DNA of 33,204 nt from contig JBJTKE010000670.1 of NCBI GenBank assembly GCA_046096285.1, positions 1 to 33,204 on the forward strand. Reading direction: 5' to 3'. This DNA comes from Chloroflexota bacterium (GTDB lineage Bacteria; Chloroflexota; Chloroflexia; Thermomicrobiales; UBA6265). Below the pieces are notes generated by a model. The model was given only the letters and a program-made list of their open reading frames with translations, was not told the origin of the DNA and searched no databases. This document shows, one piece after another, positions 12,813 through 21,600 of this stretch (position 1 is the stretch's first letter; each line of letters opens with the position of its first letter). Both the position numbers and the translations under genes were made by a program.

Positions 12813-13571
12813 CTACGGCGCCGGGCGCGGGCCCCGCGCGAGTTCGCCCGCCCCCACCACCCGCACCGCGCCGGAGTCCTCCGCGGGCCGCCGCGCTCCG
12901 TCCTCCCGCACCCCGGCGAATCTTCCCGCCGCCGCGCTCCCGCCGTCCACGACCGCAACCCGCTCTCCCAGCAACGCCGCTCGGGCCAGCCACTCATCGA
13001 GGGGCAGCCGCCCGCCTGCCGCCACGAGCGCGGTGTAGCGCCTCGCGATCCGGTCCAGCAGGAAGCCGAGCAATTCGTCCGCGGACGTTTCGCCGCCGAA
13101 GGAGCGCAGGTCCGCCGCGCCATCGGGGCGTTCCTCGCCGGGAAAGGCCAGGTTCACGCCGAACCCGGCCAGCATCGCCCCGCCAGCCTTGATCTCGACC
13201 AGGATGCCGCCCGTCTTGCGCCCGGCGTTGCGCTCGCCGAGCCACAGGTCGTTGGGCCACTTGATCCAGACCCGCAGCCCGGGACAAGCGGCTTCGATCG
13301 CCTCCGCCGCCGCGACGCCCATCCACAGCGGCGCGGCGGTCATCGCGGCAGCGGGAAGCGGAGGCCGCAGGAGGACCGTGGCCAGCAACGCGGCCCCCGG
13401 GTCGATCCAGGTCCGGCCTGCGCGGCCGCGGCCGGCGGTCTGGCTTCGCGCCACGACCACGGTGCCTTCCGGCGCGCCCTCCGAGGCGAGGGCGGCGGCC
13501 TCGCTCATGGTGCTCGCCACGGTGTCCCGGCGGATGACCCTCCAGGCGATGGCCGGCCCGGCAGGGGTCAT
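12813..13571 (-). CDS. birA: biotin--[acetyl-CoA-carboxylase] ligase, class I (no HTH domain)
   Basis: ORF 12813..13733. Start set at ATG 13571, which overlaps the upstream gene's stop (ATGA). Biotin-binding loop QTAGRGRAGRTW and the KWPNDLW motif are present. Confidence 0.85.
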   Translation of the reverse strand: MTPAGPAIAWRVIRRDTVASTMSEAAALASEGAPEGTVVVARSQTAGRGRAGRTWIDPGAALLATVLLRPPLPAAAMTAAPLWMGVAAAEAIEAACPGLRVWIKWPNDLWLGERNAGRKTGGILVEIKAGGAMLAGFGVNLAFPGEERPDGAADLRSFGGETSADELLGFLLDRIARRYTALVAAGGRLPLDEWLARAALLGERVAVVDGGSAAAGRFAGVREDGARRPAEDSGAVRVVGAGELARGPRPAP

Positions 13572-14857
13572 CCGGCCGCGGCGTCGCCCGGCCGCTCGCC
13601 CGGGCCGTCGATCCGGGTCAGGCGCAGCCGGCGCAGGCGATGCCCCTCGACACCGAGAATCTCGCAGCGCAGGCCGTCCGCCTCGAACACATCCCCCGGC
13701 TGCGGCAGGCGTCCGAGGTGCACGTGGACCCAACCCGCGGCGGTGGACACCTCGCCGTTCTCGTCGGCGAGGTCCACGCCGAGCGCGTCCTCGATCTCCG
13801 TCAGCGGAATGCCGCCCTCGGCCACGATTTCGCCGTCCGCGATCCGCTGCAGCATCGGCGTTTCCCGGTCGTACTCGTCCTGGATGTCGCCGACGATGGT
13901 TTCGATGATGTCCTCGATGGTGACCAGTCCGGCGGTGCCCCCATACTCGTCGGCGACGATGGCGATGTGAATGCGGTTGCGCCGGAGTTCGGCCAGCAGG
14001 TCGTCGATCCGCTTCGATTCCGGCACGATCCAGGCCGGCCGCACCAGGCGGGCCAGCGGCAGCGTTTCGGTGGTGCCGATCACGAACGGCAGCAGGTCCT
14101 TGGCGTAGAGGATGCCGATGATGTTGTCGATGGTGTCGCGGTACACCGGCACGCGGGAGTGCCCGGCGCTCGTGATGACCGCCAGCACCTCGGCCGCGCT
14201 CTGGCTCACCTCCACCGCCACCATGTCGACGCGAGGAACCATCACGTCGCGGACCGGGGTGTCCTCGAGTTCGAGGACCGCGTCGATCATCTCCCGCTCC
14301 TCGGGCTCGATGATGCCGTCGTCCGGGGCCTCGATCGCCCGCCGCAGGTCCTCCTCGGCGTCGATCTCGGCCGCGGTGCGGCTGCCGCCGGGCAGGATGC
14401 CGCTCCAGAGCCGGGTGAAGAAGTCGCCCGCCGCGGTCAGCGGCGCGGTCACGAAGGCGAACGCTCCGGCCAACCCGAGCAGGATGCCGGCGCCGCGCTC
14501 CGGGTCGCCGGCGACGAACGCCCGGGGCAGAGCCTGCCCGAACACGAGGTAGACCAGCGTCACCGTGGCGACCGCCGCGAAGTGGGCCGCGCCGCCGATC
14601 TCCCGCAGGAAGGCGGAGGTCAGCAGGCTGGCGGCGGCGGCGGTGCAGATCGCCTGCGCCAGTTCCAGCGCGGCAAGCAACGACCGTCGCGGGTCCAGCA
14701 GCCGCTCGACGCTGCGGGCGCGGACCCCGCGCTCGGCCGCGGCCCGCAATTGCGAGCGGCTGATCGCGCCGGCGGCCGCGGCAGTCACCGCCGCGAGGGT
14801 CAGCAGCACGAGGAACAGCGCGGCGATGGCGACTTCGGTCACGCTCTGGGGATTCAC
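13568..14857 (-). CDS. CNNM/CorB-type (hemolysin-family) transporter: DUF21 TM domain + CBS pair + CorC_HlyC domain
   Basis: ORF 13568..14857 with a GTG start. N-terminal TM helices, a central CBS-pair region (VMVPRVDMVAV..., NIIGILYAKDLL), and a C-terminal CorC_HlyC-like domain (GRLPQPGDVFEADGLRCEILGVEGHRLRRLRL). Confidence 0.85.
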   Translation of the reverse strand: MNPQSVTEVAIAALFLVLLTLAAVTAAAAGAISRSQLRAAAERGVRARSVERLLDPRRSLLAALELAQAICTAAAASLLTSAFLREIGGAAHFAAVATVTLVYLVFGQALPRAFVAGDPERGAGILLGLAGAFAFVTAPLTAAGDFFTRLWSGILPGGSRTAAEIDAEEDLRRAIEAPDDGIIEPEEREMIDAVLELEDTPVRDVMVPRVDMVAVEVSQSAAEVLAVITSAGHSRVPVYRDTIDNIIGILYAKDLLPFVIGTTETLPLARLVRPAWIVPESKRIDDLLAELRRNRIHIAIVADEYGGTAGLVTIEDIIETIVGDIQDEYDRETPMLQRIADGEIVAEGGIPLTEIEDALGVDLADENGEVSTAAGWVHVHLGRLPQPGDVFEADGLRCEILGVEGHRLRRLRLTRIDGPGERPGDAAAG

Positions 14858-14915
14858 CGTGAGGCAGGCTCCTTCGGGGCGGCGGCCGGGTGGCGGCTCG
14901 GCGGCAGTGGCATCG

Positions 14916-15866
14916 CTAGGTGAACAGCGCGCTGATGCTGAGGTCCTTGTGGGTGCGCATGATCGCCTCCGCCAGCATCGGGGCGACGGACACGGTCGTG
15001 AGCTTCTCCCGCGGGCCGCGCGCCGGCAGCGGGATGGTATCGGTCACGAAGACCCGCTCGATGGACGAGCCCGCGATCAGCCCGAGCGCGTCCGCCGCGA
15101 AGATGCCGTGGGTCGCGGCGCAGTGGATGTGCCGGGCGCCCTGCTCGCGCAGCCGCTCGGCGGCCAGCGCCAGCGTGCCCCCGGTGGAGATCATGTCGTC
15201 GACGATGTAGGCCGTCCGGCCATCCACGTCGCCGACCACGCCGAGCGCCTCGGAGACATCCGGGGACGGATGGATCTTCGAGATGATCGCGAGCGACCCG
15301 CCGGCCCGCTTGCGGAACTCCTCGGCCCGGGCGACTCCCCCGGCGTCCGGGCTCACCGTCACGATCTCGCCGCTCCCGCCGCTCTCGCCGCGGACGATGT
15401 GCCGGGCGAGCAGCGGCGTCGCCCGCAGATGATCGACCGGGATGTCGAAGAAACCCTCGATCGCTGGCGAGTGAAGGTCGATCGTCAGTACCCGGTCGGC
15501 CCCGGCGGTCGCGATCAGGTTCGCCACGAGCTTGGCGGATATCGGTTCGCGGCCCGAAGTCTTCTTCTCCTGCTTCGCATAGGCGTAGTAGGGGAGGACC
15601 GCCGTGATCCGCGCTGCCGAGGCGCGGCGGGCGGCGTCGATCATCAGCAGCAGTTCCATGATGTGATGATCGACCGGCTCGCACAGGGATTGAATGACGA
15701 ACACGTCGGACCCGCGGACGTTCTCCTCGAGCTTGACCCGGGTCTCTCCGTTCTTCCATGTGCCCACCGCGGCCCGTCCCAGCGGCGCTTCCAGTTCGGC
15801 CATGATGGCGGCGGCGAGCGCCGGGTGGGAGGTGCCCGCGAAGACCTGCAGCCTGCCGTCAACCAT
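14916..15866 (-). CDS. prs: ribose-phosphate pyrophosphokinase
   Basis: ORF 14916..15866. ATG is preceded by GGAGGGAGAG. PRPP-binding loop AYIVDDMISTGGT. Typical N-terminus LQVFAGTSHPALA. Confidence 0.95.
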   Translation of the reverse strand: MVDGRLQVFAGTSHPALAAAIMAELEAPLGRAAVGTWKNGETRVKLEENVRGSDVFVIQSLCEPVDHHIMELLLMIDAARRASAARITAVLPYYAYAKQEKKTSGREPISAKLVANLIATAGADRVLTIDLHSPAIEGFFDIPVDHLRATPLLARHIVRGESGGSGEIVTVSPDAGGVARAEEFRKRAGGSLAIISKIHPSPDVSEALGVVGDVDGRTAYIVDDMISTGGTLALAAERLREQGARHIHCAATHGIFAADALGLIAGSSIERVFVTDTIPLPARGPREKLTTVSVAPMLAEAIMRTHKDLSISALFT

Positions 15867-17274
15867 CGTGCTCTCCCTCCGCCGCGGCGGCCGGCCGCCC
15901 GATTGGCTTCGCCGGCACCCCGGCCACGGTCGCGCCCGGCGGCACGTCGGTCAGCACCACCGCGCCAGCCCCGGTGCGGGCTCCCGCCCCGATCGCGACC
16001 GGTGCCCGCAGCACCGTATCCGATCCGATGAACGCGTCGTCTCCGATCTCGGTCCGGTGCTTGGCGACGCCGTCCCAGTTCGCCGTGATCGTCCCCGCCC
16101 CGATGTTGGCCCGCGCCCCGATGGTCGCGTCGCCGAGATAGCTGACGTGCCCGCTCTTGGCGCCCGCGCCGAGCCGCGAGTTCTTCATTTCGACGAAGTT
16201 GCCGACGTGCGCCCCGGCCGCGATCTCGGTGCCGCCGCGCAGGTGGGACCACGGCCCGGCATCCGCGCCGTCTTCCAACGACTCATCGGCCACCACCGTG
16301 GCGGCAACCCGCACGCCGTCCCCAATCCGCGCATTCCGCAGCACCGCGTAGGGGCCTATCTCGCAGCCGGACCCGACCGCCGTCGCGCCCGTGAGAACGC
16401 AGCCGGGCAGGATGGTGGTGTCCGGGCCGATGACCACCCCCTCGTCGATGAACACCGTCTCCGGACCCACGATGGTGACGCCCGCCCGCATGTGGCGCTC
16501 GCGGATGCGCTGGCGAAGGTCCGCGTCCGCCGCCGCGAGTTCCACCCGGTCGTTGATGCCAAGCGCCACCCGCGGGTTCGCGGCGACCGCGGCGACCGGC
16601 CAGCCGCCACCCGCGAGCGGGCCGTCCGCCGCCGCGAGTTCGACCAGTTCCGTGAGGTACACCTCGCCGGTGGCGGGGCTCGGGGTCAGACGCTCGAACG
16701 CCCCGGCCGCCCAGCGTCCGTCGATGGCCATCATGCCGCTGTTAATCTCGACGAGGCCGGTGCGCCGCGCCGGGTCGTCGTCCTTCCGCTCGACAATGCG
16801 GACGACGCGCCCGTCGGCATCGCGGTCGATTCGCCCGTAGCCTGCCGGGTCGGGCAGCATCGCGGTGAGGATGGTCACCCGCGCTCCCGCGTCCCGGGCG
16901 CCGTCCAGCAACGCACGCACGGTGACCGGGTCGAGCCGCGGGTGGTCGGCGAAAAAGACGAGCAGCCAGTCCGCGCCAGCCACGGCGGGAAGCGCGCGCC
17001 GCACCGCGTCTCCGGTGCCGAGCGGCGGATCCTGGATGACCGCCGACACGCCGTCTCCGGCCCCGATCCGCTTGGGCAGATCGGCCAGTTCGGGAGAGAC
17101 CACGAGGACCGTCGCCACGGGGTCGGCCGCGGCCGCGGCCGCCAGCACATGCGCCACCATCGGCAGGCCGGCCACCGGGTGCAGGGGTTTTGGCAGCGCG
17201 GAGACCATCCGCGTGCCCTTGCCGGCGGCGAGGATGACGATCGCGGCGCGGCCGTGCCTGTCGGGGTCGCTCAC
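15859..17274 (-). CDS. glmU: bifunctional UDP-N-acetylglucosamine pyrophosphorylase / glucosamine-1-phosphate N-acetyltransferase
   Basis: ORF 15859..17274 with a GTG start. LAAGKGTRM nucleotide-binding motif and C-terminal hexapeptide-repeat beta-helix. Overlaps the prs start by 8 nt. Confidence 0.95.
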   Translation of the reverse strand: MSDPDRHGRAAIVILAAGKGTRMVSALPKPLHPVAGLPMVAHVLAAAAAADPVATVLVVSPELADLPKRIGAGDGVSAVIQDPPLGTGDAVRRALPAVAGADWLLVFFADHPRLDPVTVRALLDGARDAGARVTILTAMLPDPAGYGRIDRDADGRVVRIVERKDDDPARRTGLVEINSGMMAIDGRWAAGAFERLTPSPATGEVYLTELVELAAADGPLAGGGWPVAAVAANPRVALGINDRVELAAADADLRQRIRERHMRAGVTIVGPETVFIDEGVVIGPDTTILPGCVLTGATAVGSGCEIGPYAVLRNARIGDGVRVAATVVADESLEDGADAGPWSHLRGGTEIAAGAHVGNFVEMKNSRLGAGAKSGHVSYLGDATIGARANIGAGTITANWDGVAKHRTEIGDDAFIGSDTVLRAPVAIGAGARTGAGAVVLTDVPPGATVAGVPAKPIGRPAAAAEGEHDG

Positions 17275-17318
17275 CGCGGGCCACCGCCCGGGACCCCGGC
17301 GGCGGCCGCCCGGCCGGG

Positions 17319-17389
17319 CTGGCGGACCAGGATTCGAACCTGGAACAAAGGTTCCAAAGACCCTTGTGATACCATTTCACCATCCGCCA
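17319..17389 (-). tRNA. tRNA-Gln (anticodon UUG)
   Basis: Manual cloverleaf on the minus strand: TGGCGGA TG GTGA AATGGTA TCAC A AGGGT CTTTGGA ACCTT TGTT CCAGG TTCGAAT CCTGG TCCGCCA G. It has the U1-A72 pair typical of bacterial tRNA-Gln and a GGTTCGAAT T-loop. The 3' CCA is not fully encoded (GCCC). Confidence 0.85.
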
Positions 17390-17445
17390 ACAGCAAGCCG
17401 GAACCCGCGACATGGCGCGCGAGGGCGCGGCTGCGCCGGGCGGGA

Positions 17446-17454
17446 AGTATACCA
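17446..17454 (-). promoter_or_regulatory. extended -10 promoter element TGgTATACT upstream of tRNA-Gln/glmU/prs
   Basis: Minus strand reads TGGTATACT, 56 nt upstream of the tRNA 5' end. No good -35 hexamer. It is an AT-rich island in GC-rich intergenic DNA. Confidence 0.4.
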
Positions 17455-17478
17455 GCACGCCCCCGCCGGGCCGCGGTT

Positions 17479-18657
17479 TCAGGCCCCGTGGATCGGCAGC
17501 GGAACCGGCCGGGCCGGATCGAAGACCCGGCCGAGGGCGTCCTTGATCCGGTCGAGGAAGCCGCGGCCCGCCGGCGTGATCACCCCGTTGCCGAACGTCG
17601 CCGCGAGTTGCTCCAGCAGCGCCCGCTGCTCGGCGGTCAGGTCGCGCGGGGTGTGCACCTCGACGGTGACGATCTGGTCGCCCCGGTCGCCTCCGCGCAT
17701 GTCCGGGAAGCCCTTGCCGCGAAGCCGGAACTGCTGGCTGGACTGGGTGCCGGCAGGAAGCCGGAACTCCACCGAGCCGTCGATGGTGTCGATTTCGAGT
17801 TCGTCTCCGAGCGCCGCCTGCGCCATGTTCACGGCGATGCGCGAGTGGATGGTCTTTCCCTGGCGGGTGAAGATCGGGTGCGGCTTGACGCGCACCTTGA
17901 CGTACAGGTTGCCCGCCTGGCCGCCCTGGTGGCTGGCCTCGCCCTGCCCGCTCAGGCGCAGGGTGGCGTTCTCGTCGATGCCCGCGGGAATCGTCACGCT
18001 GATGGTCCGTGCCCGCGAGACGCGGCCGCGGCCGCGGCAGTTCCCGCAGGGGTCGGTGATCTGCACCCCCTCGCCGCCGCAGGTGGTGCAGGGCGTGCTG
18101 GTCATGAACTGCCCGAGGATCGTCTGCTGAACGCGCCGCACCTCGCCCGAGCCGCCGCAGGCCGAGCAGCGGGTCGGCGGCATGCCGTCCCGCATCCGGC
18201 TGCCCTTGCAGGAGTCGCAGGTTTCGAACCGGGTCAGGTCGACGTCTTTTTCGGCGCCGAACACGGACTCCTCGAAGGTGATGTCCACCACCGCCTGCAG
18301 GTCGGCGCCGCGGGCCGGACCCCGCTGCCGGCGCCCGTTCCCGGGGCCCCCGAAGAAACTCTCGAACAGGTCCCCGAACGGCGACCCGGCGCCGCCGAAG
18401 CCGAACGGGTCGCCCCCGCCGCCGCCGAAGCCCGCGGCGGCATGGCCGAAGCGGTCGTAGCCGGCGCGGCGGTTGTCGTCGCTCAGGACCTCGTAGGCCT
18501 CGTTGATCTCCTTGAACCGATCCTCTGCCCGGCCGTCGCCGGGGTTGAGATCGGGGTGATACTTGCGGGCCAGTTGGCGGTAGGACCGCCGGATCTCCTC
18601 GGCGGACGCGCCGCGGGAGACGCCTAGCACCTCGTAGTAGTCGCGCTTGTCGGTCAT
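17479..18657 (-). CDS. dnaJ: molecular chaperone DnaJ
   Basis: ORF 17479..18771. Start set at ATG 18657 ([13 protein letters not shown]). J-domain HPD (KYHPDLNP), a G/F-rich linker, and four CxxCxGxG repeats ([32 protein letters not shown]). Confidence 0.95.
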   Translation of the reverse strand: MTDKRDYYEVLGVSRGASAEEIRRSYRQLARKYHPDLNPGDGRAEDRFKEINEAYEVLSDDNRRAGYDRFGHAAAGFGGGGGDPFGFGGAGSPFGDLFESFFGGPGNGRRQRGPARGADLQAVVDITFEESVFGAEKDVDLTRFETCDSCKGSRMRDGMPPTRCSACGGSGEVRRVQQTILGQFMTSTPCTTCGGEGVQITDPCGNCRGRGRVSRARTISVTIPAGIDENATLRLSGQGEASHQGGQAGNLYVKVRVKPHPIFTRQGKTIHSRIAVNMAQAALGDELEIDTIDGSVEFRLPAGTQSSQQFRLRGKGFPDMRGGDRGDQIVTVEVHTPRDLTAEQRALLEQLAATFGNGVITPAGRGFLDRIKDALGRVFDPARPVPLPIHGA

Positions 18658-18743
18658 CGCATCCTGCGGCATCGCGGCCGGACCCGGTCGGGACGGCCTC
18701 CCGGGATTACAGGGACCCGCGCCCAGCCGCCGGCCCCGGAGAA

Positions 18744-18771
18744 AGTATAGAGACGGTGCGAGCGGAGTCAA
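18744..18771 (-). promoter_or_regulatory. sigma70-type promoter for dnaJ: TTGACT -16 nt- TATACT
   Basis: Minus strand reads TTGACT (18771..18766), a 16-nt spacer, then TATACT (18749..18744). This is about 85 nt upstream of the dnaJ ATG. Confidence 0.6.
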
Positions 18772-18777
18772 CCGGAT

Positions 18778-18804
18778 TTGGCACTCCCGCTACGAGAGTG
18801 CTAA
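18778..18804. promoter_or_regulatory. CIRCE element (HrcA operator): TTGGCACTC-N9-GAGTGCTAA
   Basis: Matches the CIRCE consensus TTAGCACTC-N9-GAGTGCTAA at 17 of 18 positions. It sits 6 nt upstream of the dnaJ -35 hexamer. Confidence 0.8.
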
Positions 18805-18919
18805 CGCCGCGGGCCGGCCTGCAGTTCCGGCCCGCCCCTATACTCCGGTCATCGTGCGGAGCGCGGCCGCCGCTGGGTCCGGTCCGGCGCGCTCCCGGCG
18901 CCCGAGGCACCTGTCCGCC

Positions 18920-19543
18920 ATGCACTCCCGCCAGCGCTCCATCCGCAAACCCGCCGTCGACCACCCGGCTGGCCGGCCGCTGCCGCCCGGTCAGCACGCT
19001 GCCCGACGCTGGCCGGTGCTCCACCAGGGCGATGTGCCGCCCTTCGACCCGGCCACCTGGGATTTCCGGGTCTTCGGCCTGGTCGCGAGCCCCCTCCGGT
19101 TCGGCTGGGACGAGATGTCCGCGCTGCCCGCCGTCGAACAGCCCGGCGACCTCCATTGCGTCACCCGCTGGTCGGTCATCGACACCGGGTGGTCGGGCAT
19201 CCCCGCCGGGCGCCTGATCGGCCTCGCCGGACCCCTGCCGGAGGCCCGCTTCGCCATCCTCCACGGCGAGGGCGGCTACACCGCAAACGTGCCGCTCGCC
19301 GCTCTGGTCGATTCAACCGCCATCCTGGCAACGGGGGCCAACGGCGAACCGCTGTCGCCCGAGCATGGCTTCCCGTTGCGGGCAGTTCTGCCCGCCCTCT
19401 ACGCCTGGAAGAGCGTGAAGTGGCTGCGGGCCATCGAACTGGTCGCGGCCGACCGGCCCGGATTCTGGGAATCCTTCGGCTACAGCAACAGCGCCGATCC
19501 CTGGCGCGAGCAGCGCTTCGCCGAGGACGACGACCGAACCTGA
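18920..19543 (+). CDS. sulfite-oxidase-fold molybdopterin-binding oxidoreductase (small, YedY/MsrP-like catalytic domain)
   Basis: C-terminal part of ORF 18647..19543. ATG at 18920 (a GTG at 18854 is an alternative start). LPPGQ...WPVL N-terminus, Mo-ligand Cys motif DLHCVTRWS, and GFPLRAVLPALYAWKSVKWL. Confidence 0.8.
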   Translation: MHSRQRSIRKPAVDHPAGRPLPPGQHAARRWPVLHQGDVPPFDPATWDFRVFGLVASPLRFGWDEMSALPAVEQPGDLHCVTRWSVIDTGWSGIPAGRLIGLAGPLPEARFAILHGEGGYTANVPLAALVDSTAILATGANGEPLSPEHGFPLRAVLPALYAWKSVKWLRAIELVAADRPGFWESFGYSNSADPWREQRFAEDDDRT

Positions 19544-19580
19544 CCCGTGGCCGCCACGGTGGTCCGGGCGGTCCGGGCGG

Positions 19581-20141
19581 TCAGCAGGCGGCGCGGCCGG
19601 CGCCCGATCCGGCCGGCTCGGTGCTGCGCCCGCCGGCGAGCGGCCCCGCGGCTCGCCCGTCGCCGGACTCCGCGGGGAGATCGCTGTCGGGGAGCATCCA
19701 GGCGGTTGCCGGCTTGATCACGTAGGGCATCAGGAAGGTCTCGAACGAGCGCACCCCCGGGATCGCCGCCAACCTGCGCGTCAGGAACTCCACCAACGCC
19801 TCCTGGGACCGCACCACCAGTTGCACGGCGATGTCGAAGTTCCCGGTCAGGAACGCCGCGAAGGTCACCTCGTCCATGCCGCGCAACTGCTGCGCGATGC
19901 GGTCGAGATGTTCCAGGTCCACGCGCAGCCCGACCATCGCCCGCACCTCGTACCCGAGCCGGGCCGGGTCGGCCAGCATCGCGAACTCGATCACGCCGCG
20001 CTGCTGCAACCGGTCCATGCGCCGGCGGACGGTGGATTCGGGAATGCCGGTCGCGCGGCTGATCTCCGCGAAGGACATGCGCGCATCCTGCTGCAGCAGC
20101 CGGATGATCGCGCGGTCGGTTTCTGTCACCAGTCGGGGCAT
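19581..20141 (-). CDS. Lrp/AsnC-family transcriptional regulator with a C-terminal Gly/Ala/Pro-rich extension
   Basis: ORF 19581..20141. HTH region DRAIIRLLQQDARMSFAEISRATGIPESTVRRRMDRLQQRGVI followed by a RAM/AsnC_trans_reg domain. AAAGGA SD upstream. Confidence 0.9.
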   Translation of the reverse strand: MPRLVTETDRAIIRLLQQDARMSFAEISRATGIPESTVRRRMDRLQQRGVIEFAMLADPARLGYEVRAMVGLRVDLEHLDRIAQQLRGMDEVTFAAFLTGNFDIAVQLVVRSQEALVEFLTRRLAAIPGVRSFETFLMPYVIKPATAWMLPDSDLPAESGDGRAAGPLAGGRSTEPAGSGAGRAAC

Positions 20142-20447
20142 GGGCGATTCCTTTCACTGGCCGATCCGCTCGCGGCCCGCCGCTGGCGGCGGCCCTCCCG
20201 GGGCAGCCCGATCGCCTGCCGCCGGCGCGGCCCCAGCCGTCCCGATGGTTGCCTGACGCACACTTCATACCCCGGCGATCCCGGAGTCCGGGCGGGGCCA
20301 TGTGTTAGGGTTCATTCAAGGACGTGAACCGGAACCCGGGATGGCGCACCGCCCTCCGAGGCTGGCAGCGCGGACGAGGCGAGGAACCGAAACCGCCCGC
20401 CGCAACCAGGCGTCCCGGGATGGGGCAGCAGAAGCAGGAGTTCGAAC

Positions 20448-21467
20448 GTGTTCTGGTCGAGAGTGGCGGTGGCGGCGCTCGCGCTGTTGCCCGGGGTGCT
20501 GGCAACCGGCCTGCAGGGGGCGAACGCTGTCACCGGCTCGGCCTGGATTCAGGTGGGCAGCGAGACGCCCGCGCCCGGTTGCCGGGTTCCCACCAGCGTC
20601 GAGGTGCACAACAGCGGCCCACTCGCCAACGCCGAGATCGCGCTGGCCTTCCACGTCGACGGCGCCGTCTACTCGGTCGACCGCGGCGTCACCGCCGGCG
20701 ACGGGATCGCCTTCCTCGGGTTCGATGTGGGCGACGCCCCGGCCGGCCGCTCCGCCCTGCTCGACATCAACGTCAATGGCTCCTACATGGGCAGCGTGCC
20801 GGTGCAGGTGACCGAGGGCGGCAATTGCAGCGGCAACCCCGAGGTCTTCGAACTGGACGGCACCATTGGCACGGCCGGGGCGTGGGAGGAGACTCACACC
20901 TCCGGAGACCTCGAACCCGCCAACTCCGTCTGGGTTCCCACGCTCTACCAGCAGCGGGGCCTCAGCTGCGAGTACGCCTCGCTCGCCATCGTGATGGCCG
21001 CCTACGGCGACCAGGTAACCGAGTGGGAGTTCGATCCCTACGTCGTCCAGTCGCCGAACCCCCACGTCGGATTCCGCGGCAACATCTACGCCGACTGGGG
21101 CGGCAGCGTCGACTACGGCATCTATGCCGAGCCGCTCGCCGCGATCATGCCCAATTTCGGCTACTGGGCGGATGTCTTCTACGCCAAGGGCGACACCAGC
21201 CAGTTGATCCGCTATATCGACAGCGGCACGCCCGTCCTCGTCTGGATTGGCCTCAAGGGCGACACCGGCTATTACGAGACCGGCGCCGACGGCTCCTCCT
21301 ACTGGATCGCCGAGGGCCAGCACACGCTGGTCATCTACGGGTACGACGACTACGGCGTCTACGCCTCCGACCCTGCCATCGGGGCCAAGCGGTTCTACGA
21401 CTGGGGCTGGTTCATGTGGATGTGGAACGTGTTCGACGGCATGTCGCTGGCCATCGGACCACAGTAG
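20448..21467 (+). CDS. secreted C39-like (Peptidase_C39_2 / YvpB-like) cysteine peptidase with N-terminal beta-rich domain
   Basis: ORF 20448..21467. GTG start 7 nt after AGGAG. Signal peptide MFWSRVAVAALALLPGVLATGLQGANA. Putative catalytic Cys (YQQRGLSCEYASLAIVMAAYG) and His (EGQHTLVIYGYDD). Confidence 0.7.
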   Translation: MFWSRVAVAALALLPGVLATGLQGANAVTGSAWIQVGSETPAPGCRVPTSVEVHNSGPLANAEIALAFHVDGAVYSVDRGVTAGDGIAFLGFDVGDAPAGRSALLDINVNGSYMGSVPVQVTEGGNCSGNPEVFELDGTIGTAGAWEETHTSGDLEPANSVWVPTLYQQRGLSCEYASLAIVMAAYGDQVTEWEFDPYVVQSPNPHVGFRGNIYADWGGSVDYGIYAEPLAAIMPNFGYWADVFYAKGDTSQLIRYIDSGTPVLVWIGLKGDTGYYETGADGSSYWIAEGQHTLVIYGYDDYGVYASDPAIGAKRFYDWGWFMWMWNVFDGMSLAIGPQ

Positions 21468-21508
21468 AGCCGCCTTCCGGTTCCCCCGGCATCGACGCTC
21501 GTCCTGTT

Positions 21509-21548
21509 CCCCGCGCCCGGATTCCGGCCGCGGGGGATTCTCTTTCTC
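21509..21548 (+). terminator. candidate intrinsic terminator after the C39-like peptidase gene
   Basis: CCCCGCGCCCGG-ATT-CCGGCCGCGGGG forms a 12-bp stem with one mismatch. It is followed by the T-enriched tract GATTCTCTTTCTC. Confidence 0.5.
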
Positions 21549-21600
21549 GCCCGGTTCTGGCAGGATGACGCGGTGACTTGGTCCCGATCAGGAGGGCAAC

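Noticed and set aside
16742-17458. 238-aa minus-strand ORF covering the glmU 5' end and the tRNA-Gln
   Set aside because: It is out of frame with glmU, contains the tRNA sequence, and its composition is junk-like.
15694-18627. 977-aa plus-strand ORF antisense to prs, glmU, the tRNA and dnaJ. Similar long antisense ORFs include 8661..10985, 20316..21323, 21412..22716, 28274..29767 and 31288..33078.
   Set aside because: They have no recognisable motifs, an Arg/Gly/Ala/Pro-dominated composition, and they overlap confidently assigned genes. One even spans a tRNA. They are high-GC artefacts.
18779-18795. TGGCAC in the dnaJ upstream region as a possible sigma-54 -24 element. Also GG-N10-GC spacing at 7352..7366 upstream of the GS-like gene.
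   Set aside because: The TGGCAC is part of the CIRCE left arm and no TTGC follows at the correct spacing. The site near 7352 matches only the trivial GG/GC dinucleotides.
19561-19578. Tandem direct repeat GGTCCGGGC x2, plus the small hairpin CCGTGG-CCG-CCACGG just upstream, between the convergent oxidoreductase and Lrp genes
   Set aside because: Only two 9-nt units, the hairpin has just a 6-bp stem, and there is no U-tract. It is too short to call a repeat element or a terminator with confidence.
20330-20430. Possible c-di-AMP (ydaO-type) riboswitch ahead of the secreted peptidase, because of CCGAAACCGCC...GCAACC resembling the conserved CCGAAUCCG..AGCUAACC segment
   Set aside because: Only one short segment resembles the consensus, and with indels. 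The ACGGGGA and GGGGUGAAUC blocks and the pseudo-two-fold architecture are not evident. It needs cmscan, so it is not claimed.
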